A stretch of 47,317 bases of DNA from Minisyncoccota bacterium (GCA_023137595.1 JAGLOZ010000029.1:1-47317); one strand, 5' to 3'. Shown: positions 33,582 to 42,899, counted from the first letter of the stretch. Translations and numbers: made by a program. Notes: generated by a model from the sequence alone, not told the origin.

Positions 33582-34910
33582 ATGCCTCGAGTAAAAAAAC
33601 AAGAGAAAAAAGAAATAATAAAAAGAAGAAGAAAAAAATTAGCTCCGATTCAAACAGTTAAAGGCATGAAAGATATTCTACCGCCAGAACAGTTTATTTG
33701 GAATTATGTATTGGAAACTGGCAGGAAATTATGCAATGATTTTGGATTTGGGAGGATTGAAACTCCTATTTTAGAGCGTACTGAATTGTTTCATAGGGGC
33801 GTGGGGCAAATTACTGATATAGTGGAAAAAGAAATGTTTTCTTTCGAAACACAAGGAGGAGATAGAGTTTCTTTGAGGCCGGAAGGAACTGCCGGTGTTG
33901 TTAGGGCCTACATTGAAAATGGGATGAATAAATGGTCTCAACCGGTGAAGCTTTATTACGAAGGTCCGATGTTTCGTTATGAAAAGCCGCAAGCGGGGAG
34001 ATTTAGGCAGCATCATCAATTTGGCTTTGAAATTTTTGGAGACGAATGTCCCGCAATTGACGCACAGATAATATATTTAGCATGGAAGGTTTTTCAGAAA
34101 ATCGGCATAAAGAACACAACCATTCAAATTAATAGTATCGGTTGCAGCGAATGTCGGCCAGCCTATAAAAAACTTTTGACTGATTATTATGAAATGAAAA
34201 TAAACAAATTATGTCTGGATTGCAAAAGAAGACTGATTAATAATCCGTTGCGTCTTTTGGACTGCAAGGAAGAGAAGTGTATGCAGGTTGCTTCAGCGGC
34301 TCCGCAAATTATTGATCATCTTTGCGAGGAGTGTCACGATCACTTCAAAAATGTTCTGGAGTTTTTGGACGAACTTGAAATTTCTTATGTTTTGAATTCT
34401 AGTCTTGTTCGCGGTCTTGACTATTATACAAAAACTGTTTTTGAGGTCTGGGAAAGTAGTGCTGAGGGCGCTCAGTCTTCTTTGGGCGGTGGAGGAAGGT
34501 ATGATGATCTTGTCAGAACTTTAGGAGGAGAAGAAACTTTTGCTATTGGATTTTCATTTGGAATTGAAAGAGCGGTAGAGCGTTTATTGCAAAGAGGATT
34601 TTATTTAGAGCAAAAAATAAGTAAAGACGTTTTTCTTGTGCAATTGGGAAATATGGCAAGAAAAAAGATATTAAGGCTTTTTGATATTTTAATAGATAAT
34701 GACGTTACGGTCGGTGAGTCTCTTGGGCGTGGTAGTATAAAATCCCAGCTAAGAATGGCAAATAGATTGAATTCAAAAATTGCCTTGATCATTGGACAAA
34801 AGGAAGCGATAGATGGTACTGTTATTATTAGAGATATGGAAAGCGGAATGCAGGAAGTCGTTACGATAGAAAGCGTTATCTTGGAGGTTAAGAAGAGACT
34901 GAAGAAATAA
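33582..34910 (+). CDS. hisS: histidine--tRNA ligase
   Basis: 442 aa with GMKDILP, class II motif 2 (MFRYEKPQAGRFRQHHQFGFEIFG), GGGGRYD, and a C-terminal anticodon-binding domain. Confidence 0.95.
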   Translation: MPRVKKQEKKEIIKRRRKKLAPIQTVKGMKDILPPEQFIWNYVLETGRKLCNDFGFGRIETPILERTELFHRGVGQITDIVEKEMFSFETQGGDRVSLRPEGTAGVVRAYIENGMNKWSQPVKLYYEGPMFRYEKPQAGRFRQHHQFGFEIFGDECPAIDAQIIYLAWKVFQKIGIKNTTIQINSIGCSECRPAYKKLLTDYYEMKINKLCLDCKRRLINNPLRLLDCKEEKCMQVASAAPQIIDHLCEECHDHFKNVLEFLDELEISYVLNSSLVRGLDYYTKTVFEVWESSAEGAQSSLGGGGRYDDLVRTLGGEETFAIGFSFGIERAVERLLQRGFYLEQKISKDVFLVQLGNMARKKILRLFDILIDNDVTVGESLGRGSIKSQLRMANRLNSKIALIIGQKEAIDGTVIIRDMESGMQEVVTIESVILEVKKRLKK

Positions 34911-34914
34911 AAAT

Positions 34915-34973
34915 AAATTGCTCTATTGCTAAATTGTTATGCATAGCATAGCAATTTAGCAATAGAGCAATTT
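34915..34973. repeat. 22-bp perfect-stem hairpin built from AAATTG/CAATTT words
   Basis: AAATTGCTCTATTGCTAAATTG (34915-34936) pairs perfectly with CAATTTAGCAATAGAGCAATTT (34952-34973). The intervening TTATGCATAGCATAG begins with a conserved 14-nt loop motif, TTATGCATAGCATA. Confidence 0.85.
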
Positions 34974-35052
34974 AACAATCTGAGAGATTACTTAGAAAAA
35001 TTAGTTGTAAAATTAAATTTAAAATAATTGAAATACATAAATCTTAAAATTA

Positions 35053-35382
35053 ATGAATTGTATTTTCTGTAAAATTATAAAAAAAGAAATTCCTGCAGGT
35101 ATTGTTTTTGAAAATAAAGATATAATTGCATTTAAGGATGTAAATCCAATTGCCCCGGTGCATGTACTTGTGATTCCCAAAAAGCATATCATATCTGTCG
35201 CTGACGCGAGTGATGACGATGTTTTGTTGATGGGGAAATTGATAATGGTTGCTAAAAAAATTGCTGAAGATTTGAAAATTTCAAATAAAGGATACAAACT
35301 TCTTGTGAGAGTTGGAAAGGGAGGCGGGCAGGAGGTGGGTCATCTTCATTTGCATCTTTTGGGTGGAGCATATAACGTATAA
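35053..35382 (+). CDS. HIT-family nucleotide hydrolase (HinT-like)
   Basis: 109 aa with CIFCKII and the histidine triad HLHLHLLGG. Confidence 0.9.
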   Translation: MNCIFCKIIKKEIPAGIVFENKDIIAFKDVNPIAPVHVLVIPKKHIISVADASDDDVLLMGKLIMVAKKIAEDLKISNKGYKLLVRVGKGGGQEVGHLHLHLLGGAYNV

Positions 35383-35448
35383 CGCAAAACATATAACGAT
35401 CTTATATCATATTTTACGTTATACGTTACACGTTACACATTATACGTT
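35369..35448. repeat. inverted arrays of ATAACGT/ACGTTAT words
   Basis: CATATAACGTATAACGCAAAACATATAACGATC faces ACGTTATACGTTACACGTTACACATTATACGTT. The repeat overlaps the HIT gene stop codon. Confidence 0.7.
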
Positions 35449-35503
35449 GCTCTTTGCAGTATTTTCCAATTGTAAGATGATACCAAAATGCAGGAAAGTC
35501 TGC

Positions 35504-35531
35504 TTGCTAAATTTTTACTTTGTGTTATACT
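35504..35531 (+). promoter_or_regulatory. sigma70-type promoter upstream of rpsU
   Basis: TTGCTA 35504-35509, 16-nt spacer ending in TGT (extended -10), TATACT 35526-35531. Confidence 0.5.
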
Positions 35532-35589
35532 AGTTTCAGCTAGTTTTTTAATTCAAACTTAAATTTAATAGAAAGTTAGAGGTGAAAAA

Positions 35590-35832
35590 ATGATAGAAGT
35601 AAAGAAAAAAGACAATGAAAGTATAGGAAGTCTTTTAAGGCGTTTTTCTAAAAAAGTTCAGCAAAGCGGGCTGCTTTTGCAGGCGCGAAGTTCAAGATTT
35701 AAAGACAAAAATTTAAGCAGAACAGAAAGAAGAAAGAGCGCGCTGAGAAGAAATGAGATCACAGGCGAAAAAGAAAAACTTAGAAAACTTGGAAAGCTTG
35801 AAGAAGACTTCAGGACGCAATCAAGGTATTAA
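35590..35832 (+). CDS. rpsU: 30S ribosomal protein S21
   Basis: 80 aa, basic, with SIGSLLRRFSKKVQQSGLL...RTERRKSALRR. GAGGTG lies 6 nt upstream of the ATG. Confidence 0.85.
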   Translation: MIEVKKKDNESIGSLLRRFSKKVQQSGLLLQARSSRFKDKNLSRTERRKSALRRNEITGEKEKLRKLGKLEEDFRTQSRY

Positions 35833-35880
35833 TGTGTAGTTTGCGTCTTTATTACTTTATGGTTAAAAATAAAAAAAGCA

Positions 35881-36336
35881 ATGAACCTAAGAGACAAAAT
35901 TCAAAATGATCTCAAGGACGCGATGAAAAGCGGTGATGGTATAACTCGCGGCGTTTTAAGGATGCTCAATTCGGATTTTAAGAATTTAGAAATAGACAGT
36001 AAAAAGAAACTGACGGATGATGATATCGTAAAAATTATTAAAAGAAATGTCAAAGGTCGCATAGATTCAATTGAGCAATATGAAAAAGGAAATAGGGAAG
36101 ATTTGGCTGCCCAGGAAAAAAAGGAACTGAAAATTCTGGAGAAATATATGCCAGAACAGATGAACGAGGAAGAAATTAGAAAAATAGTCATTGATATTAT
36201 TAAAAGATCAGAAGCATCAATTGTTTCTGATTTTGGTAAAGTAATGGGAATGGCAATGAAAGAAACTGGTGGAAATGTAGATGGAAGTGTGGTAAGTAGG
36301 ACTGTGAAAGAAGAATTGGAAAAAATTGGAAATTAA
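35881..36336 (+). CDS. yqeY: GatB/YqeY domain-containing protein
   Basis: 151 aa with LKDAMKSGD, VLRMLNS..KN.EID and YMP. It lies downstream of rpsU, as in many bacteria. Confidence 0.85.
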   Translation: MNLRDKIQNDLKDAMKSGDGITRGVLRMLNSDFKNLEIDSKKKLTDDDIVKIIKRNVKGRIDSIEQYEKGNREDLAAQEKKELKILEKYMPEQMNEEEIRKIVIDIIKRSEASIVSDFGKVMGMAMKETGGNVDGSVVSRTVKEELEKIGN

Positions 36337-36401
36337 TTTCTACCCGGCTTTAGCCGAGGGTTTATGAGGTTTTAACCTCGCGAGGTTTAGTTTGATTCTT
36401 T

Positions 36402-36898
36402 ATGGAATTTTATTCAAGATTTTTTGTTTTTATGTCATATATATCAATTAGGCACGCTAAATTAAATGAACTATTTCGAATAAAATATATTACCAAACTC
36501 GCTTATAAAATTCCCTATAAAGAAAATACATTAATTACCAGATCACACGAACCTGATAATATTAAAAGTGGTTTTTCTAAAAAAGAATTTTTTATAATTG
36601 TCGCTGTTTTCAATGATAAGATGATCGGCGCCATTAGATATAAATTTTCCAAAAAAATAGTTTGTATTTTTACAAATTAGCAGTTCTAAAAACAAATAGA
36701 AATAAAGGTGTTGGTAAATTATTAATAAATCAAGTTGAAGCAGTGGCTAAGAGAAAAGGGATTGTAAAAATATTACTTGAATGCATGCAAGAGAAAGAGC
36801 TACCTGAATATTACAAAAAATTTGGATACAGAATAGATAAAGTCAAACGACACCAAGGTCATCACGATGTTTATATGTCAAAAAAAATAGAAATTTAA
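36402..36898 (+). pseudogene. GNAT-family N-acetyltransferase interrupted by a frameshift in an A7 run
   Basis: ORF 36402-36680 ends ...MIGAIRYKFSKK. ORF 36662-36898 carries the acetyl-CoA motif LAVLKTNRNKGVGKLL. Adding one A to the A7 run (36651-36657) gives the continuous RYKFSKKNSLYFYKLAVL. Confidence 0.6.
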
Positions 36899-36917
36899 TA
36901 GTATGGTATGTTAAATT

Positions 36918-37367
36918 ATGACTCTTCTAATTAAAAACTTCACTAAAAATAAACTCAATCCAAAGCACCTCAATAAAATTGCTGAAAAAACTTTGGAAGT
37001 TGCTAAGTTTAAAAAACCAACGGAAATAAGCTTGGTAATAGTTGGAGAAAAGAGAATAAGGTTATTGAATAAAAAATTTAGGGGTATAGACATGATTACA
37101 GATGTGCTGTCTTTCGGAGATGAGGAAGTAAAAAGCGGGTCTGCAAAATTTATAAGTCCTCCAAACAAAATTATATATCTAGGCGAAATTTTTATTTGTT
37201 ATTCACAAGCGAGAAAACAAGCCAGAGAAAAAAAGCATTCTACAAAAAAAGAAATAGCTGTTTTGTTTATTCATGGAATTTTACATTTAGTAGGATATGA
37301 TCACAAAGGAAGCTATGAAGATTCGGAGATGAAAGACATAGAAAGAAAGATTCTATCGTTTTTGTAG
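36918..37367 (+). CDS. ybeY: rRNA maturation endoribonuclease YbeY
   Basis: 149 aa with the zinc motif HGILHLVGYDH. Confidence 0.9.
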   Translation: MTLLIKNFTKNKLNPKHLNKIAEKTLEVAKFKKPTEISLVIVGEKRIRLLNKKFRGIDMITDVLSFGDEEVKSGSAKFISPPNKIIYLGEIFICYSQARKQAREKKHSTKKEIAVLFIHGILHLVGYDHKGSYEDSEMKDIERKILSFL

Positions 37368-37412
37368 ATTTTGATTCGGAAATTTAGTGTTGGTGTTTTT
37401 AATAAAAATTAC

Positions 37413-37475
37413 ATTGTTACATTGTTAAATTGCTGTATTGTTATGCATGGTATGGCAATTTAACAATTTAACAAT
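37413..37475. repeat. 21-bp-stem hairpin of ATTGTTA/TAACAAT words with a conserved loop
   Basis: ATTGTTACATTGTTAAATTGC (37413-37433) pairs with GCAATTTAACAATTTAACAAT (37455-37475) at 19 of 21 positions. The loop contains TTATGCATGGTATG. Confidence 0.8.
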
Positions 37476-37492
37476 TTAACAATTTAGTATGT

Positions 37493-37870
37493 ATGATAGT
37501 ATTTAGTTTTAAAAAACTTGCTAGAAGTTTTTCACATGCAATTAGAGGATTCAGGTGTGTTTTTCGGGAGCAAAATTTTAAAATACAGATTATATTTTCT
37601 ATTGCTGTTTTTGTTCTAATATTATTTTTCAATCTCAAGTTGTGGGAAATAGTTGTTTTGATCATGATGATTACTCTTGTTTTGGTATTGGAAATCATTA
37701 ATTCAATTTTTGAGAGAATTATGGATATTCTACAGCCAAGAGTTCATCCTTACGCAAAAACGGTAAAAGATATGATGGCTTCGGCAGTTCTGACGGCATC
37801 TTTAGGGGCTTTTTTTATCGGTTTATTGATTTTCTGGCCTCATTTTAAGGATATTGTCCAATGTTTTTGA
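37493..37870 (+). CDS. dgkA: diacylglycerol/undecaprenol kinase
   Basis: 125 aa with three TM helices, FSHAIRGFRCVFREQNF and EIINSIFERIMD. Confidence 0.85.
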   Translation: MIVFSFKKLARSFSHAIRGFRCVFREQNFKIQIIFSIAVFVLILFFNLKLWEIVVLIMMITLVLVLEIINSIFERIMDILQPRVHPYAKTVKDMMASAVLTASLGAFFIGLLIFWPHFKDIVQCF

Positions 37871-37960
37871 AGAAAGCTTTTTTATTTTTTAAAAATGTAT
37901 TATAATACAAACAATGAATAATGAATCATGAACAAGGAATCATGGATTTAAAATTATCAT

Positions 37961-38002
37961 TCATAATTCATTATTCATAATTCATTATTCATAATTCATT
38001 AT
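37961..38002. repeat. 3 perfect tandem copies of the 14-nt unit TCATAATTCATTAT, ending 1 nt before the ftsA ATG
   Basis: The units lie at 37961-37974, 37975-37988 and 37989-38002. An inverted partner, AATGAATAATGAATCATGAA, lies at about 37914-37932. Confidence 0.85.
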
Positions 38003-38003
38003 T

Positions 38004-39248
38004 ATGTCAAGAGGAGATATTCTAATAGGGATTGATATCGGGACTAGCGCAATTCGAACTGTTATTTCTCAAAAACAGGGAGAAGAGTCAAAGCCTCTGG
38101 TTTTGGGAGTTGGCGTAGCTTCTTCGTTTGGAATTAACAATGGAGTTGTTGTTGATATTGAAGAGACTATCAATGCGATAACTAAATCAAAGGAATTGGC
38201 AGAAAGAACGGCTGGAATTCCGGTTGAACACGCGTTCGTGAGTATAAATGGAAATCATATTTGTTCTCAATTTTCCAAAGGTGTTGTTGCTGTTTCAAGG
38301 GCAGATGGAGAGATTAGCGAGGAAGATATAAACAGAGTTATTGTTGCTTCACAGGCAATATCAATGCCGAATAATAAGGAAATAATTGATGTGATCCCAT
38401 GTAGCTATACAATTGACGGACAAGAACAAATAAAAGATCCGACAGGAATGAACGGTGTGCGGCTTGAGGTAAATGCTTTGGTAATTGAAGGGTCGGTTCC
38501 ATTTATAAAAAATTTATATAAATGCATACAGCGTTGCGGGATTGATATAGATGATCTGGTTTTTTCTCCTCTTGCTGTCGCAAAGGCAGTTTTGTTAAAG
38601 CGTCAAAGAGAATTGGGAGTAGTCGTGATTGATATTGGAAAGGGCACAACTGGAATTTCTGTTTTTGAAGATGGCAATATATTGCATTCAACCGTTATTC
38701 CGTTCGGAGCAGGCCACATTACAAACGATATTGCCATAGGGCTTAGAACTTCAATTGATGTTGCTGAAAAAATAAAACTTGAATATGGCACCGTGCTCGC
38801 TGCTGACATAAATAAGAAAGATAAAATAGATCTTTCTCGGATTGATAAAAATGAAGAAGGAGTTTTTACCAGAAGATATATTGCAGAAATTATTGAAGCA
38901 AGAACTGAAGAGATATTCGTAATGGTAGACAAAGAACTTAAAAAAATTGACAGAAGCGGCATGCTTCCGGCAGGAGCTGTTATAACCGGTGGCGGCGCTA
39001 AAATGCCGGGAATTGTTGCTATGGCGAAAGAGACCCTTCGCTTGCCGGCGCAAATTGGTTTTCCTGTTGAATTAAATGGAATAATTGACAGGGTTGATGA
39101 TCCTTCATTCGCCACGGTAATGGGACTTATTATGTGGGAGGCTGATGAAAATGGAGTTTTTTCTTCAGGCGGTGGAAAATTTAAGCTTCCGTCACTAGGT
39201 GGAATTGGGCAAAAAGTGCGAAAAATTTTCAAGACTTTTTTGCCGTAA
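38004..39248 (+). CDS. ftsA: cell division protein FtsA
   Basis: 414 aa, actin-like ATPase with IGIDIGTSAIR, VVIDIGKGTTGISVF and ITGGGAKMPG. Confidence 0.92.
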   Translation: MSRGDILIGIDIGTSAIRTVISQKQGEESKPLVLGVGVASSFGINNGVVVDIEETINAITKSKELAERTAGIPVEHAFVSINGNHICSQFSKGVVAVSRADGEISEEDINRVIVASQAISMPNNKEIIDVIPCSYTIDGQEQIKDPTGMNGVRLEVNALVIEGSVPFIKNLYKCIQRCGIDIDDLVFSPLAVAKAVLLKRQRELGVVVIDIGKGTTGISVFEDGNILHSTVIPFGAGHITNDIAIGLRTSIDVAEKIKLEYGTVLAADINKKDKIDLSRIDKNEEGVFTRRYIAEIIEARTEEIFVMVDKELKKIDRSGMLPAGAVITGGGAKMPGIVAMAKETLRLPAQIGFPVELNGIIDRVDDPSFATVMGLIMWEADENGVFSSGGGKFKLPSLGGIGQKVRKIFKTFLP

Positions 39249-39345
39249 AATGGAATTATAAATAATGAATTAAGAATCATGAATTGTGACGGTTTGTGAA
39301 ATTAGAAAAAATTGTTTTTGAGAAAATATGAGTGATTTACATTTT

Positions 39346-39444
39346 GTCATTTCGATTGGAGAGAGGCGAAAAGAGAAATCCCTTAAATAATATAAGCTTC
39401 AATAATAATATTGAAGAGATTCCTTACCCAAGGCTTGGAAAGAC
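39346..39444. repeat. palindromic intergenic element with GTCATTTCGA / TTGGAAAGAC termini
   Basis: The left end is GTCATTTCGATTGGAGAGAGGCGAAAAGAGAAATCCC. The right end GAGATTCCTTACCCAAGGCTTGGAAAGAC is the reverse complement of GTCTTTCC... An internal perfect 8-bp hairpin is CTTCAATA-ATAA-TATTGAAG. Confidence 0.55.
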
Positions 39445-39484
39445 ATAAAAATTTATATAAAATTATTTTTTAACTGTGAGATTT

Positions 39485-39961
39485 ATGAAAAAATTACCGT
39501 AAAATATAATTTTATACTTTATTATTGCAATACTTTTAATTTTAGTAGGATTTATTTACATAGATAAACAGGTCTATATATCACATCAAAATGATGCAAT
39601 TGAAAATAATTTGACAGAGGAAGAGGCTTATCAAGAGTATCTAAAAATTATAAACGAATCTAATGAAATATTAAAAATAAAAGAGCAGCAAAAAGAAATT
39701 AACAGAAAAGATGAATTTATTAAGGTAGTAATAAATAAATTAGGCAATGAACATTATATAGACATACAGAATGGAAATGAGTCTTATTGCATATGGAGAT
39801 ATAGTGCTGGAAATGGTAACATTCCATATATTGAATTAACAAAAGCAAAAACACTAAACGAAAAACATCATCTCGTTTTAAGCGATTCTTTCTGGGATTT
39901 TAGTGTCTATTGTTTTGATGATTTTGGTAATAATTATATTGGGAATTTAGATAAAGAATAA
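39485..39961 (+). pseudogene. membrane-anchored hypothetical protein with an in-frame TAA at codon 6
   Basis: ATG 39485 encodes MKKLP, then TAA (39500-39502), then in the same frame NIILYFIIAILLILVGFIYIDKQ... This continues into the ORF-track entry 39611-39961, which starts at TTG. Confidence 0.4.
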
Positions 39962-40015
39962 TTTTATCTTTGAAGATTGATTTTTAAAGATACGCAAATC
40001 GTGATATTATTTTTT

Positions 40016-40043
40016 TAATCCCTAATCCCTAATTCCTAATTCT
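40016..40043. repeat. four tandem heptamers: TAATCCC TAATCCC TAATTCC TAATTCT
   Basis: Read directly from the spacer upstream of ftsZ. Confidence 0.8.
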
Positions 40044-40116
40044 TGTTTTTCTTGCCTAAATTTTCAAAAAAAGCTATTATAACAATACAACAATATAACA
40101 ATTTATTAAAAAATAT

Positions 40117-41331
40117 ATGAAAGAAATTAAGCCGGAATTTGAAACATTTGCCAGAATTAAGGTGGTTGGTGTTGGTGGTAGCGGCAATCACGTTATAACC
40201 AGAATGATTGAAGCGGGGTTGAGCGGGGTTGAGTTTATTGGTGTTAACACAGATTCTCAAGATCTTCACCATTGTAAGTCCCAAGAGAAAATTCATATTG
40301 GGAAAAACTTGACAAGAGGGCTCGGCGCTGGGATGAATGCTGATGTAGGAAGACAGGCGGCAGAAGAGAACAAAGATGAAATTCAGGATGTTTTAAAGAA
40401 TACAGATATGGTTTTTATAACTTGCGGACTTGGAGGAGGAACGGGAACTGGAGCTGCGCCAATTATCGCCGAAGCCGCCAAAGAAGCCGGAGCTCTTACT
40501 GTCGCGGTTGTAACTAAGCCGTTTGCGTTTGAGGGAATTCAAAGAAAGAGAATTGCTGAAGAAGGTTTAGAGAATTTAATAAATCAAGTTGATACAATCA
40601 TAACTATTCCCAACGACAAGATACTTCAGGTAATAGACAAGAAAACTTTATTGCTAGATTCGTTTAGAATTGCGGATGATATATTAAGACAAGGCGTGCA
40701 AGGAATTTCTGATCTGATAACTCTTCCTGGAATTGTAAATGTGGATTTTGCCGATGTAAAATCCATTATGCAAAATACAGGATCTTCGTTGATGGGTATT
40801 GGAAAAGCGTCTGGCGAAAATAGGGCAACTGAAGCGGCGAAACAAGCGATTAACAGCCCTCTTCTAGAGCTATCTATTGATGGTGCAAAGGGTGTTTTGT
40901 TTAATGTTAGCGGTGGATCTGATCTGACTATGGTAGAGGTGAGCGAGGCAGCGAATGTTATCACAGAATTTATTGATGATGAAGCAAAAGTTATATTTGG
41001 CGCTATCACGGATGAAAATTTAAAGAAAGGAGATATCAAAGTTACGGTAATTGCAACAGGTTTTAACGGACAGTCTGGTAAAAAAGAATCCTCAATTGAT
41101 GATATTAGGAGAATAAATGATTTAGAAAATATATTAAAAAAAGAAGATAATAATGATGATAATAACAAAGAAATTGAACCAAAAGAAATGAATAAAAGTG
41201 ATTTTAAAGAAACTGATTCTGAGATTGAACAAGAAAGCAATATGTTTTCTCCAAAAATAAATTCTATAGATACTGATGATGAATATGATGTCCCGGCATT
41301 CATTAGAAAAAAAATGAAAAAAGATAAATAA
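40117..41331 (+). CDS. ftsZ: cell division protein FtsZ
   Basis: 404 aa with the tubulin signature [16 protein letters not shown] and a T7 loop. It has an acidic low-complexity linker and a C-terminal peptide DVPAFIRKK. Confidence 0.97.
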   Translation: MKEIKPEFETFARIKVVGVGGSGNHVITRMIEAGLSGVEFIGVNTDSQDLHHCKSQEKIHIGKNLTRGLGAGMNADVGRQAAEENKDEIQDVLKNTDMVFITCGLGGGTGTGAAPIIAEAAKEAGALTVAVVTKPFAFEGIQRKRIAEEGLENLINQVDTIITIPNDKILQVIDKKTLLLDSFRIADDILRQGVQGISDLITLPGIVNVDFADVKSIMQNTGSSLMGIGKASGENRATEAAKQAINSPLLELSIDGAKGVLFNVSGGSDLTMVEVSEAANVITEFIDDEAKVIFGAITDENLKKGDIKVTVIATGFNGQSGKKESSIDDIRRINDLENILKKEDNNDDNNKEIEPKEMNKSDFKETDSEIEQESNMFSPKINSIDTDDEYDVPAFIRKKMKKDK

Positions 41332-41549
41332 ACGAAATAATGGCAATGTTCTTATGGAGATGGATTTTTTAATGTAAAGATGATTTATAAAATTTTAGAT
41401 GTTTAAATTGTCAAATTGTTATATCGCTAAATTGCTAAATTGTCATTAGTATAATATAAGTGACGTGACAGTTTTAAGGCAGTTTTTTGTTTGACTTAAA
41501 TTAAACGCAATTTCAACTCATAAATTAAAAAATTTTCTAAATCAAAAAA

Positions 41550-42899
41550 ATGAAAAAGCAAACGCCATTTAATTTGGCTTCAATGCCAAAACTCATTATA
41601 TCTGTCACTTTAATTGTAATGCTAGGAGCTTTGTTTGGGGCAACAAGCTATTTGGCAAGAATGCCCAAAATAGATTTGCCGATTGTAAATCCTATCATTA
41701 AAGCTCAATGCGAAGTTAATTCTGATTGCGAGTTAGTTTACGTTGGTTCTGATAAATGTCCGCCATGTGATAAAGCGAGGGATGATTTTGAGTGTCTTAA
41801 TGAAGACAAAGCCAAAAAGATAAGAAATAACGGGGATGGTTCTTCTGTTATATGCGCGCCGTGTTCTAATGGTTTTGATAAATATAATTGTGGATGCGAA
41901 AATGGAAAATGTGAGAAAATTAAAACAGAGTCAAGGGAAATAATTCTCACAACAGATAAAATGGAATATGGGACAAGAGAAGAAATAAGATTAATTGTAA
42001 AAAATGATTCAGAAAATTCAATTTGGTATCTATTGGACGCTCATTCAATCAGTTTGAATTTATTTGGCTATCAAAACGGGGAATGGGTTTTTGTTCCGAT
42101 TTTGCCTTTCCCTCCTTTTTCTTCGGAATATATTCCTCAGAAATTTGAGCTCGAATCGTCTGAATCAGTAAGTCTAGAATATGTTCCAATAAAGCATATT
42201 GACAGAGTTTTTCTAAATTTTTCTAAATATAAAATAGGTTTTGACTATAGGCAGAATGAAGAATCGGGTAGATATATAGAATCTTTTTCCAACGAATTTA
42301 CGATTAAAGAAAAACTAGCGCTTGATCCGAGGTGCGGGGAGGAAATTAGAACCTTTGATAAGGAAGGAGCAGGGCATGTTTTAGTGGGACATGGAATTAA
42401 ATTTAATTTAAGTGAAGAGAAATGTATTGTAGTATATGCTGGTAGAGAAACATGGTCAGTTGAATCTCCCTTTGAAACTTTAGAAGAATGTCAGGAGGTT
42501 TGCGAGAAAAAGAATATTGACATTTCCGACTGGCAGATTTATCAGAATGAAGAATTTGGGTTTGAGGTGAAGTATCCAAAAAAAGAAATAGATATCTCAA
42601 TAAACAATGATACTTATTTATCTGGAGTGGGAATAATTTTTTCATCCAATTCTTTTAGAGTGATCACAGGTTTAAGTCATAAAGGAAACATTTCAGATTA
42701 TAGATATATGGATATACCATCCCAAAAGATTAAGAAAGACGGTTTTCAAATTTATTCACTTAAAAACTCATCCGTGCCATTTGTAGCATTTGCTAAGGAA
42801 TTTAATGATAATATATATATCATTGAATTTCAGGGAGATACGGAATTGAATTTTAATGAAGAAAAAATCCTCTCCACTTTTAAATTTATAGAAAAATAA
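41550..42899 (+). CDS. hypothetical membrane-anchored extracytoplasmic protein with an N-terminal Cys-rich region
   Basis: 449 aa with an N-terminal TM helix. About 12 Cys residues fall in residues 50-125 (CEVNSDCE...CPPCD...CAPCS...CGCENGKCE). No family recognised. Confidence 0.5.
   Translation: MKKQTPFNLASMPKLIISVTLIVMLGALFGATSYLARMPKIDLPIVNPIIKAQCEVNSDCELVYVGSDKCPPCDKARDDFECLNEDKAKKIRNNGDGSSVICAPCSNGFDKYNCGCENGKCEKIKTESREIILTTDKMEYGTREEIRLIVKNDSENSIWYLLDAHSISLNLFGYQNGEWVFVPILPFPPFSSEYIPQKFELESSESVSLEYVPIKHIDRVFLNFSKYKIGFDYRQNEESGRYIESFSNEFTIKEKLALDPRCGEEIRTFDKEGAGHVLVGHGIKFNLSEEKCIVVYAGRETWSVESPFETLEECQEVCEKKNIDISDWQIYQNEEFGFEVKYPKKEIDISINNDTYLSGVGIIFSSNSFRVITGLSHKGNISDYRYMDIPSQKIKKDGFQIYSLKNSSVPFVAFAKEFNDNIYIIEFQGDTELNFNEEKILSTFKFIEK

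Noticed and set aside
37961-38002. Tandem repeat arrays considered as possible CRISPR arrays (also 33547-33581, 40016-40043, 45564-45584).
   Set aside because: The units are 7-14 nt and directly abutting, with no spacers. There are only 3-5 copies, and no cas genes are present in the window.
38603-39280. 225-aa minus-strand ORF antisense to ftsA. The 225-aa ORF at 40626-41303, antisense to ftsZ, is a similar case.
   Set aside because: Both are Ser/Ile/Phe-rich low-complexity translations, fully antisense to strongly conserved genes. This is a common artefact of AT-rich coding DNA.
39500-39502. In-frame TAA as possible evidence for stop-codon reassignment.
   Set aside because: TAA, TAG and TGA all terminate well-conserved genes at the expected positions in this window. 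Examples are lgt, hisS and pth (TAA), GT2 and the leader ORFs (TAG), and aspartate kinase, dgkA and nrdG (TGA). No conserved protein shows internal stops.
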